A stretch of 64,000 nucleotides of DNA from Planctomycetota bacterium (GTDB lineage: Bacteria > Planctomycetota > UBA11346): the NCBI GenBank assembly GCA_016745075.1, contig JADGDD010000003.1, forward strand, positions 327,333 through 391,332, given 5' to 3'. Positions 19,810 to 29,221 of the stretch are shown piece after piece. Under the pieces are notes generated by a model, which was given only the letters and a program-made list of their open reading frames with translations, was not told where the DNA came from and ran no database searches. Every line of letters begins with the position of its first letter. The stretch's first letter is position 1. Made by a program: the position numbers and the translations under genes.

Positions 19810-21110
19810 GATTCACTCTTCTTAAATGACCCTCCGACCACTTCGAGAGCAATTACTGGGAGATCACATCCACGCAATTCAATAGGAGTAAGTACACAGA
19901 TGCCGTTTTCGTTTATGATAGTCTGGACGGGTTGCCCACTTTCAAGTACAATTGCGGAAGACGATTTTGCAGTAAGGCCCTCTATGAATAGGGCTGTTCC
20001 GGGAGTAAATTCAGATAAATGTAAATAGAATATACTGTTGTCATTAGGAAGGGTTCTGGAGGTAATTTTACCCCAAGGTACGCTGTCTAATGGGTTTGGT
20101 TGGGCTCCATATATCGATTCACCATTTAAAGAAAGCCATGCCCCAATATCACGTAGGCGCTTAATCGCCGCGCCTTGAAAACGACCATTGGGCATTGGCC
20201 CGACATTAAGTTGATAATTGCCACCAAACGAGGCATTATTGATTAGGTTTTTGAGAAGTTGCTGAGTGGAATTCCATTTGTAGTCCAAGGAATGGTATGC
20301 CCAAGAATCATTGAGAGTTCCAGAGGTTTCCCAAGGCATGTCATATTTTTCAGTGGGGAAACAATTGTCCATCATTGATAAAAAGTCAACATTCTTAGAC
20401 GGATTACTATAATTGATTCGGCTATTAATTAAACATTTATCACTTAAACTGCGAATTAAAGAAATGAGTTCTTCTTGGCGATGAGATGTTAAGAAGTTGG
20501 AGGTAAAATCACGCCCTTTATCTTGGTAATCATCCCATGAGTCAAACCAGAAAAGAAACGGGTCGTAATTTTCAATTAATTCTTTAATTTGTACCAAGCA
20601 TTTATTTTGCCAGTAATTCTCAAATTCTTGTTGGGATGGATGTTGGTATTCCTCGTTCTCCATATGGACCGTGCATATATCACCACCGGTGCCTTCCCAG
20701 TCTTGCCAATGCGAATAATAAAAACCCAGTTTAATATCATATTTTTTACAGGATTCAGCCAACTCTTTCAGGATGTCGCGTTTAAAGGGTGTAGCATCGA
20801 CAACATTGAATGAGGAAGCTTTTGTTGGCCACAAAGCAAATCCATCATGATGTTTTGCTGTAATAACAAAGTACTTCATTCCAGCATCCCGCGCCTCTCG
20901 AATCCACTCGTCTGCACAAAATTTATTTGGATTGAACGTTTTGGCTAACTCACGGTATTCGGACCTTGGAATATGCTCTGAGGCTTGTAGCCATTCGGAA
21001 TATGGGTGCTCAATTTTTTTCCCTTTCCATACCCCCGCTGGAGTACTGTACAATCCCCAATGGACAAACATTCCGAATCGCGCTTCTCTAAACCAATCTG
21101 TTGATGTCAT
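19758..21110 (-). CDS. alpha-L-fucosidase (GH29)
   Basis: WFREARFGMFVHWGLYS, AGMKYFVITAKHHDGFALW, FWFD (nucleophile Asp), NYQLNVGP; start ATG 21110 after GAAAGGA; no signal peptide. Confidence 0.95.
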   Translation of the reverse strand: MTSTDWFREARFGMFVHWGLYSTPAGVWKGKKIEHPYSEWLQASEHIPRSEYRELAKTFNPNKFCADEWIREARDAGMKYFVITAKHHDGFALWPTKASSFNVVDATPFKRDILKELAESCKKYDIKLGFYYSHWQDWEGTGGDICTVHMENEEYQHPSQQEFENYWQNKCLVQIKELIENYDPFLFWFDSWDDYQDKGRDFTSNFLTSHRQEELISLIRSLSDKCLINSRINYSNPSKNVDFLSMMDNCFPTEKYDMPWETSGTLNDSWAYHSLDYKWNSTQQLLKNLINNASFGGNYQLNVGPMPNGRFQGAAIKRLRDIGAWLSLNGESIYGAQPNPLDSVPWGKITSRTLPNDNSIFYLHLSEFTPGTALFIEGLTAKSSSAIVLESGQPVQTIINENGICVLTPIELRGCDLPVIALEVVGGSFKKSESSHNRMQQTLVPGASDV

Positions 21111-21399
21111 AGTATTATTCCTTTCATCTAAGGTAGAAATTTTTATCGCTATACAGAAGTGACGAGCCAAGGACGGTCAATAAAGAAACAATGCTATAAC
21201 GGCTTAATTGTGTAAATGTTCATGATATATTCAATTGTGCCGGTAGAGCCTGCGATAACAGGCGGAAGTTTGTAGTAGCAAATTCTACTAGTGCCTAAAA
21301 TATCATTTCCATCCTCACAAAGCCAAGAACAGAAAGTGTCATTCGGAATATGCGTTTTGAAATAGCTCAACAGGTAGCGTCGAAATAACAAAAAGCCAA

Positions 21400-24300
21400 T
21401 TATTTTGTAATTAAGTAATACATGGTTTTGTCATGTATACCGTTAATGTGAATGGTATTATTGACAATCTTGCGAACGGCACCTGTTTGTTGCCCATCAT
21501 GATCAAGTACGGTGATATGTTGTGCATCAGGAATGACAATATCAGCAAGAACTGGTTCCATAATAATTGGAGCCGCCCCAGTTTTTTCTAGTGTGGTTTC
21601 ACTGGCATTGTATTGCATACCAGAATTGCGAGAACGCGCCATACAGGTAAGCAATAGGTGTGAGGCATTGTGTATTTGTGTGTCCTGCTCAAGGCTTGTC
21701 AGTATGATAGTAGCGTAACGATTATGAACTGTTATCTGCACATCACCTAATTCGATGCTACGTTGTGGTGGGAAGCCAACAAAGGCTTTAGTACCAGGAG
21801 TGTTAATCGTAAAGTGTGACTCGTCCCGTTTTGCGTAATCCCACAGCATTTCACCCGTTTGTGAGAGGATACGTTTATCAGCCAGCATGTTGGTCATATC
21901 GGGGAAGGAAGATGTTTCGTTTTCTTCTGTAAATTCTATGACGGTGCGGCCAAGACCGAGTGCTTCATTCGGGAGGTCGCCAGTAAAGACTTTTACATCA
22001 CCTTGTTGTTCAACACTTTCGTTGAAATCCATTTGTCCATTGAGTAAGCTTGGTATATGTATTTTGCGGGTGGAAATAACTGCGCCTTCACGAATGTCAT
22101 TACGATAGATAGCACGAGCCAGTGCAGGATACATACCGATAGCTGATGGTACTTCTATATTAAAAATATTATTACTTCCTGTCTGTACAGCTGGGGTAAA
22201 GCCACTATTGCCTGCGGTAAATTGCATGGAGCCATCCCAGCCTTGCAGGCCCATGCCGTAAAAAGCAATCGTAGCAGTGGCGGCAGCGCGCCATTGATAC
22301 GGTGTATTGGCATCCCATTCAGATAAAATGAATGGTCTATCAACAACTTGTTGTACACCGGAGCTCAGAATGCCTGTGCCAGGTCTCGTAAATTCAGCCT
22401 CATTTTGGAAGTCACCAGAACGTAGAAAAAAAACACCCGTCCCACCATAATAATTATGGCGATCAATAACACCTACTTGGTAATCGGTATGCATATTCAA
22501 GTAATGTGGTAAATTACTACCTGCTTGCCAACAAGATGCTTCTAATACACCTGTATAACCCGTATTACGGATCGCTTGTGCGTAGCGGCTATAAAAGCCT
22601 TGTTGAAATTCATAAAGGAAGGCAGCCGTATCAAGTAATCGTTTGGTGACGTTTTTTTCTTCCTGCATGGATGCCATATTAGTAATACTTAAATACCACG
22701 GATTACAGATAGGTACAACATAACGTTTTTCAAAACTTTCAACGGACCCATCACGTAAATGTTCAGGGAAACAGTTAAGACTGCCTTCTCCCCAAGCAGC
22801 TTGAATGCCAGCAATGTTCCCATGTTTTTTAATGAGCCAATCAACAAAAAATTCAGCAAATTGTTTACGGTAGATGGGGGAGTTATGCATAACAGTCATG
22901 GTGTTGCCCCAAAAAATGTCGTCTTCGTTGTGCATTTCAACAATAGCGACCATGGGGTCATCTGCGTAGCGTGTTTGTGTGTAAGGGTTGGTATGGTCAA
23001 GGAGATTAACCATTTTTTGAATCATTAAATCTTGAATATCGGGAGCGATGTTGACCAATCCTGTTTTTCCATTTTTCACTGCTTCTTCATAAGATAAAAC
23101 ATCATTTTTATTGGCTGGTAGTACTTTGAAAGCGAAGAAGGGGTCAAATAAGACGTAAATACCTTTCTCTTTTAATTTGGAACAGAAATAATCAAAACGA
23201 TCGAGTTTTTCAGGGTTAAATGCGGTTACATCTTCTTTATCACCAATGCCGCTACTGCCTTTGCTACCGTGAAACTTGTGCAAACGGACAATGTTGACTC
23301 CATATTTTGCAAAGTGAGACGCGATAAAATCAGCCTTTTCTTTTTCCGGTGCGGCTGACATGTTTGAGAGATTGACACCCCAGAGTTTGACCGGTTTTTC
23401 TTGTTTTTCGAAAGTAAATATATTTTTGGTAAATTGTAAGCGACCATGTTTGCCAGCAGGGGCATCAAGCCATTTTTCCATGCCGATAACACTTGGAGTA
23501 ATTGCGTTTTGTGGGTTCCATGTCCACCAATTATCTGTGGCTTCGTTGCGAATGGTAAAAGTATGGGCATTATCTGTTAGATGTACAGCAGCACGATGTT
23601 GTATCTTATCTGTTGCGAGTTTGCCAATACGAATGCGTTGTAGTGGGGCATCGCTCAGTTTTACAGTGTGAGTTGTGCCATTAATGGTGACTGAACACGG
23701 TCCTGTTGTTGCTTGGGCAAGCAGTACTTCGGCGTGGTCATCAGCATGGTAAACGGCTGTTTGAGCCAGCGCTAATCCTGTTTGGGTGGGAGGAGTGGTT
23801 TGGAGACGATGGAAAAACCATGGTTTGAAATTTGCTCCCAGCCCGAATTTATTGATACCCCAAAAGGCTTCGGTTTTTCCTGGTTCATTTTCTGTCGTAT
23901 TATTTATTTGTATGGAACATTTGAAAGTGGACGAGAAGTGTGCAGGTAAGCCAAATTCTGTCCATGGAAATGTGAGTTTGTAGGTGGTTCGTTGGTTTAT
24001 GTCATCACGGGAAATATCTGCGATAACGGTAGTGCTGGTTCCAGCGGTTCCAGCTTGGCCGTGCTTATTGCAGAAGACAATGCTCTGACCATTCTTGTTT
24101 AAAGCGATTGTATACTTTCCATCATTGAAATTTAAGACATTTCCTCTGCCTTCTGGGGTAGCTGCTTTAATCTTGCTTTTCTCATGCTTTTCATTTGCTT
24201 GAAGCAGTTTCTTACTTTTCCAACGGTACTTGGTGCCTTCTATTTTCTTAATAGCGGCGTTGTTTCGATCAATTTGATCATCCCAGATACTATAATCGGG

Positions 24301-24645
24301 CGGTACTGCTTCATCAGCGCCGTCGCCGAGTGCATCTATGCCAATTTGAACAGAATCTCCTCGCCACATTGCACGAGTATTGCCGCGTGGGTCATGCTGT
24401 GGGTCAGTAATTTGAAGGTGTAGGTGCAGAGCTTTAGTTGTTACGGCAAAACGCCCTTCAGCCTGAATGCCATTTTCATCAATTGTGAACGTGGGTTGGC
24501 TGATACTGATATCATCATGTGTGCTGAGAAATGGCACCGTTGGAAAGTTGCTGTTAGAATTAAGATCAACCGGAGTTACCTGTACATCAGCAGCAGAGAG
24601 TAGACCTGTTCCAAGCAGGAGTAAGGAGGTGATGCAATAATTCAT
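21400..24645 (-). CDS. secreted CBM9-like domain + clan GH-A (GH5-like) glycoside hydrolase
   Basis: signal peptide; WRGDSVQIGID and TTYKLTFPW (CBM9/DOMON-like); PAGKHG, LWGVNL, GVNIVRLH, FDYF...LKEKGIYV, NPYT...YADDP...HNED (acid/base), PFILSEW (nucleophile). Confidence 0.75.
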   Translation of the reverse strand: MNYCITSLLLLGTGLLSAADVQVTPVDLNSNSNFPTVPFLSTHDDISISQPTFTIDENGIQAEGRFAVTTKALHLHLQITDPQHDPRGNTRAMWRGDSVQIGIDALGDGADEAVPPDYSIWDDQIDRNNAAIKKIEGTKYRWKSKKLLQANEKHEKSKIKAATPEGRGNVLNFNDGKYTIALNKNGQSIVFCNKHGQAGTAGTSTTVIADISRDDINQRTTYKLTFPWTEFGLPAHFSSTFKCSIQINNTTENEPGKTEAFWGINKFGLGANFKPWFFHRLQTTPPTQTGLALAQTAVYHADDHAEVLLAQATTGPCSVTINGTTHTVKLSDAPLQRIRIGKLATDKIQHRAAVHLTDNAHTFTIRNEATDNWWTWNPQNAITPSVIGMEKWLDAPAGKHGRLQFTKNIFTFEKQEKPVKLWGVNLSNMSAAPEKEKADFIASHFAKYGVNIVRLHKFHGSKGSSGIGDKEDVTAFNPEKLDRFDYFCSKLKEKGIYVLFDPFFAFKVLPANKNDVLSYEEAVKNGKTGLVNIAPDIQDLMIQKMVNLLDHTNPYTQTRYADDPMVAIVEMHNEDDIFWGNTMTVMHNSPIYRKQFAEFFVDWLIKKHGNIAGIQAAWGEGSLNCFPEHLRDGSVESFEKRYVVPICNPWYLSITNMASMQEEKNVTKRLLDTAAFLYEFQQGFYSRYAQAIRNTGYTGVLEASCWQAGSNLPHYLNMHTDYQVGVIDRHNYYGGTGVFFLRSGDFQNEAEFTRPGTGILSSGVQQVVDRPFILSEWDANTPYQWRAAATATIAFYGMGLQGWDGSMQFTAGNSGFTPAVQTGSNNIFNIEVPSAIGMYPALARAIYRNDIREGAVISTRKIHIPSLLNGQMDFNESVEQQGDVKVFTGDLPNEALGLGRTVIEFTEENETSSFPDMTNMLADKRILSQTGEMLWDYAKRDESHFTINTPGTKAFVGFPPQRSIELGDVQITVHNRYATIILTSLEQDTQIHNASHLLLTCMARSRNSGMQYNASETTLEKTGAAPIIMEPVLADIVIPDAQHITVLDHDGQQTGAVRKIVNNTIHINGIHDKTMYYLITK

Positions 24646-24949
24646 AGTGATCCTTTATGATAATATGACAGGGTAATATAGTTTTTTGTTTGGAAGAGGC
24701 AAGCGTGGAGATCGTGATTATCTATTGATCTTTTGCTCCCCGCGCTTTGCGAAAAGCAAGTCTTTTTATTGTGAGTATGTGTTTTTCGGTCAATGGGTAA
24801 GGTCAGAGAGTAGGCAAACCAAGTGTAGGTGTTCATAACAGTATCGATGGCAAAACTACTAGAACTGAAAAAACTAAAAGTTGTTGATTTATTTTACTGG
24901 TGTCTGTTTTTTTCTTTGTGAAACTGTAGTGATGTCTGCCGTGGGTCTC

Positions 24950-24997
24950 CGTTCCTATGCAGTTGCAGCTATTACTGCTCTGCCTCCATAGGAACGT
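24950..24997. terminator. inverted repeat downstream of the 1384-aa gene
   Basis: CGTTCCTATG...CATAGGAACG, 10-bp arms with a long loop. Confidence 0.35.
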
Positions 24998-25042
24998 CAT
25001 TTAGAATGAGAAAATAGCCATATAACAATCTTCTTTGTCGAA

Positions 25043-28000
25043 TTATTTTTCTTTGTTTACAAAAATTGCGAAAGAGTGTGGTGGTAGCTGGTACTCATAG
25101 CCATTTTTGAAATCGGTAATCTCGCGCATTTGTTCTTTCACGAGATATTCTTTTCTATTTCCTGCCATTGGGTCTTTTGTGTACATGAAATAGAGTTTCG
25201 CGTGTGCAGATGGTGTGTATGGCAGGTGCAATTGAACGGTGCGGGTATCATTGATATTTCTGTTAATGAGCAAAATACTATGTGTTTCCCCTTTTTTGTA
25301 GGCGTAACACATGCTGAGTGGAATATTCTTGCGACCTTTGATGGTCACTTCTTTGAAACCAAACATGCCAGCAGTTTGCCCTTTTTTATCGGGAATATCG
25401 ACGCTACGGACAGCGTTATAGGTTACATCCATCATGTCACCTCGGCAGTATTGGTTATGCATGGCTAGTGATTGGAAAGATGCGTGTGGGAACAGATCTA
25501 AGGCGTTGTTGTGAGTAGACCAATAATCTCCAGTAGAGAAGGTGAAATATCCTTGTGGACCAAAGCCTTTAGAAAGGTTTGCTAGAAAAATATCAATGGT
25601 GGTTACGCCCATCAGTTGAGATTTACCAAGACTTTCTGATTCTTCTGGAGACGATTTTCCAGCGCCTGGTAATAAATAGCCAGGACCAGCTTCATAAGTT
25701 GCTCGTTTAATCACACGTGGATCTTCTGGTAACTGTTTCAATGCAGATTCCATGCGGATAGAAATGCCACCATCGCTCCCCATGATATCAAGACAGGTAT
25801 CAGCAAAGCTATTCATGATTCGTGTTTTAACTGATTGGATAAACAATGGATTCGTGCTGAGGGCTTTCATCTGGCTTTCGTCGCCTTCTGCCGCAGTAAT
25901 CAAGGCGGTGGTGATACGTGGGATAACTGGGTCAACTTGTGACACATCAAGGGATGCGCATTCTTTAATGAAGGCAAACAGATCGCTGCGTAATGGTTCT
26001 GGTAAATGACTAATAGGATAGACTTTTTCAGGAACAGCTTTGCCTTTTTTATCTAGTAGCGGTTGTGTTCCACTTAAGACAGGGGTGACGGTGTGTACAA
26101 TGGTCTTGGCCAGAGCGGCAGCAGTGTTGTCTAAGAAGCTGTCGTCTGTATGGAGACCTGTTATGACCTGTTGGGCAAAGGTACGGTCGTTTTTCATGGC
26201 CAATAAGAGTTTATGAGCAACGGTTGTGCTCAATCCAGCAAGTATCATATCAACTTGAGTATTAACGGCGCGCATTTTTCCAAAACCAATATAATAAGAG
26301 AACGTTTCTTTAATACGTGGAATAAGTTCTGGATGTTGATGAAAGGCATCAACTACTTTATGAACCATTTTAGCTGCAATCATACGGTTATCGTAACCAG
26401 GTTTCTTGGTTTGCATATATTTATCATGCCCTTGGAGGAGGCGTTTTTGTAAACCAGCAGCAGCGGGATCAGTAGTGGTTATATTGGCAATCCATTGTTC
26501 ATAGAGAGCTATGTTTCCTTCGCCAATTTTTTCTGCACGTTTGTAAAAACTGTTTTCACCACTTGTTGCAGAACAGGCGAGAGCCAGAGGTTTCAGCAAA
26601 TGTGGAGCAAGGCCTGTGAAGACAACTGGGAAAATTGTTTTTTCTATGTCTGGATCTTGTACAGATGCCATTAAAGAGAGGGTGCTTGGAGAGTTAATCG
26701 ATTCTTTCAATCGAGAGATAGATTTATTGTCTATGCTCATATCTGTGAGCGTCACCGATTCAACTTGAGTTATCAATTCTGTGCCGCTGACAACGAGGCT
26801 GTCACCAGTGAGCGGCAGACTGTCAAAAAGGTCGTTTAAAAGATCTTCGTCGTTTGCTAAAACCAAAGCCATTTTTTCGTGTAAATTTGGATCAATGTTC
26901 ATGGCTCGTACATATGGCGGGTCAATAATTTGTGGCCCGTACATAATTTGATTATTGAGTAATGCCTCATCATCAGCGCCAAGTACAGTCATGCCGTCCC
27001 AGCCACCAAAGTAAGACGCAAAATCTTGATAATCCGCTTCTTGAGAAAAGGAGGCTGTTGTTTGTGACCATCCACCACGCCTCGTATCTTGTCGTCCGCC
27101 CAAGACGAATTTCATTTGTGCATGGTTAAAATACGAAGAGGCTTTCATTGTACGAAATTGATAATCAGCAATTCGTGCATAGACTTCAGGATTACCTGAC
27201 CATGCTTTTGGTGCAAACATAGAGTTCCATGGTTCGTTGGCACATTCAATATAAATGGTTGGGAAATCGTCTGCCCATGGTGTAGGGTGGCCTTGTTCGG
27301 CACGTATCTTCCCGTAACCAATAGTGGCAGGGGCATAGAGATATTCCATTAAACCTTCTAGTTCATCACCAGACCAATAGGGGTTGAGGATCAGCCATGG
27401 ATTTGAACCACTCTGTGCGCAGAGTGTAAGGCTTTCTCCAAGGCTGAAGGCGTTGTACGATCCAATAGAATTGAAATTTGCTGTACGTGGTGCTTGAAAT
27501 TTATCTTTAATCCAGGCATCTACAGATGCGGTTGCAAGACCTTTCCAGATACGGGTCATACCAGGACGCATGTTTTTTAGCGATTCTTGTACCCAAGGCA
27601 TAACACCAAATTTAGGAACATCTGTTTGCCAGACGAGTAAATTATCTATCCACAAGGTACCACTTGTGCCGCTAATTTTCAAAGTAGACGCAGAGTAACC
27701 CAATGGCTTAGGAATGACTGAGCTGAGTCGGGTCAGTAATGTATTCAGTGTATCAGATGGGGCTTGTATTTGTATCATCTGATCAGCAAGTATTTTGGCC
27801 TGACGTTGGTAATGGCCTTTAGCGCTATTCCATTCAGTGGTGCCAAGCTTTTTGTTTATCTGTTTAGCGATCTTAATAAAAGCATTCCGTTTTTTAGTTG
27901 GCAGTTCAGCAAGTTCAGCAGGGGTTTTATCCGCTATGCTATCAATTTGTTTTTGTAACTTATGACCATGTTTTTTTTCATTTGCAATTGCTTGGGCATC

Positions 28001-29197
28001 TCCACCAGCAGCAGTAATGTGTTGAGTGATATAGGCTTGGCGTATAGCACACTCTTCAACGAATCCAGACCAGAATGATTCAAGGTTATTATCAGAATCA
28101 ATGCGTCTGCCAAATTTTTCCTGTTTATCGTAATCTGGAGCACCGTCCCATTGTGCCAATTCTAAGAGCTGATTATTTAAGGCACGTAGGGCTTCATTAT
28201 TATTGTTGTTTAATTCCGCATCTATCAGTTTGGCGAGGCCAGAATAGGTATCGGTGTTGAGTGTGCCCTCATATTTTTTCCATTGATCTGTAACCGTAAC
28301 CGTTTGTTTGAAAAACGGTCCAAATTCAATGTTTATGAGTCCGTCTTCACTTCCTTCTTGGCGGAGCCAAACTTCAAACTTATATTCTTTGTTCTCATAA
28401 AAATAGCCAGTACGGCGAACGTCCGTAACGAATTCGTGAGTATAACAGTTTGGATTTTTATCTTTGTATGGAGAGAACTCTATTTTTAAACTGGTTGTAG
28501 AACCGCCTTCTGGGCAAACATGTTGGCTATCGAGTAGCCAGTCATGTTGGCTGTTGACCTTACCGCCGCCAATAGTGCTGCTTTGGACAATGCCAGTTTT
28601 AGGGTGTGTTTTTTCTTTCATTCTATCGGTAGCAAACTTCTTTGGTGAGGTATAAAACGTTTTACGGAGAGAATAAACGTCGCCAGACCGAACCGCAGGC
28701 CCTTTTTCTGTAAAGTATAAACGGTTTTCAGCACCTCTACCAGAGATACATTTTTTTACGATTGATTTTCTGAGTAAATTGTACTTTCCGTTTTCAATAC
28801 GGTAGATCCAGCATTCTCCTCCATTCCAATAGTCATCACCAATACAGTCCCACCAGTGCAGGCCAGCGCCGGTATTATGCTCAAGGAAATCTGCACCACC
28901 GCCGTCTGCAATCCAACCATGTTGAGAAATAATTGGTTCAAATCCAGTGTTTTTGGTAAAACAGTTTAACATATAGTCAGAGTTCCATCCAGAAAAAGAG
29001 CGGACGGTACTAAGGTTCATGCCAAAACGAAAATCTTCAGCATCTTTATAGCGAACCGTGTCAGTAATCGTAAAAATATCTTTGTCCGTATCGTGGATGA
29101 TATTTTCAGCTGCGGTGGCAGTACTAAGAATAGTAGCCGAGAGTAATGCTTTGTGTACGAACCATTTTGAAATGGTGTAGTAATGCTGGAAAGTCAT
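25043..29197 (-). CDS. large secreted GH51-like clan GH-A glycoside hydrolase with CBM4/9-like domain and two large insertions
   Basis: signal peptide; LWIDNLLVWQTD, RAEQGHPTPW, IECANEPWN, TYEAGPGY; C-terminal beta-sandwich (SILLINRN...LPPHSFAI); paralog of 32345-34960. Confidence 0.65.
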   Translation of the reverse strand: MTFQHYYTISKWFVHKALLSATILSTATAAENIIHDTDKDIFTITDTVRYKDAEDFRFGMNLSTVRSFSGWNSDYMLNCFTKNTGFEPIISQHGWIADGGGADFLEHNTGAGLHWWDCIGDDYWNGGECWIYRIENGKYNLLRKSIVKKCISGRGAENRLYFTEKGPAVRSGDVYSLRKTFYTSPKKFATDRMKEKTHPKTGIVQSSTIGGGKVNSQHDWLLDSQHVCPEGGSTTSLKIEFSPYKDKNPNCYTHEFVTDVRRTGYFYENKEYKFEVWLRQEGSEDGLINIEFGPFFKQTVTVTDQWKKYEGTLNTDTYSGLAKLIDAELNNNNNEALRALNNQLLELAQWDGAPDYDKQEKFGRRIDSDNNLESFWSGFVEECAIRQAYITQHITAAGGDAQAIANEKKHGHKLQKQIDSIADKTPAELAELPTKKRNAFIKIAKQINKKLGTTEWNSAKGHYQRQAKILADQMIQIQAPSDTLNTLLTRLSSVIPKPLGYSASTLKISGTSGTLWIDNLLVWQTDVPKFGVMPWVQESLKNMRPGMTRIWKGLATASVDAWIKDKFQAPRTANFNSIGSYNAFSLGESLTLCAQSGSNPWLILNPYWSGDELEGLMEYLYAPATIGYGKIRAEQGHPTPWADDFPTIYIECANEPWNSMFAPKAWSGNPEVYARIADYQFRTMKASSYFNHAQMKFVLGGRQDTRRGGWSQTTASFSQEADYQDFASYFGGWDGMTVLGADDEALLNNQIMYGPQIIDPPYVRAMNIDPNLHEKMALVLANDEDLLNDLFDSLPLTGDSLVVSGTELITQVESVTLTDMSIDNKSISRLKESINSPSTLSLMASVQDPDIEKTIFPVVFTGLAPHLLKPLALACSATSGENSFYKRAEKIGEGNIALYEQWIANITTTDPAAAGLQKRLLQGHDKYMQTKKPGYDNRMIAAKMVHKVVDAFHQHPELIPRIKETFSYYIGFGKMRAVNTQVDMILAGLSTTVAHKLLLAMKNDRTFAQQVITGLHTDDSFLDNTAAALAKTIVHTVTPVLSGTQPLLDKKGKAVPEKVYPISHLPEPLRSDLFAFIKECASLDVSQVDPVIPRITTALITAAEGDESQMKALSTNPLFIQSVKTRIMNSFADTCLDIMGSDGGISIRMESALKQLPEDPRVIKRATYEAGPGYLLPGAGKSSPEESESLGKSQLMGVTTIDIFLANLSKGFGPQGYFTFSTGDYWSTHNNALDLFPHASFQSLAMHNQYCRGDMMDVTYNAVRSVDIPDKKGQTAGMFGFKEVTIKGRKNIPLSMCYAYKKGETHSILLINRNINDTRTVQLHLPYTPSAHAKLYFMYTKDPMAGNRKEYLVKEQMREITDFKNGYEYQLPPHSFAIFVNKEK

Positions 29198-29221
29198 GGT
29201 GGCTCCTCTTTGGGTGCTGAG

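Noticed and set aside
21194-21391. 65-aa ORF between the GH gene and the fucosidase
   Set aside because: TTG start, no RBS or recognisable motif; may be a remnant but cannot be supported as a CDS
25740-28237. Large in-frame insertions as possible inteins
   Set aside because: No Cys/Ser start with a His-Asn end followed by C/S/T at the junctions, and no LAGLIDADG or Hint motifs seen
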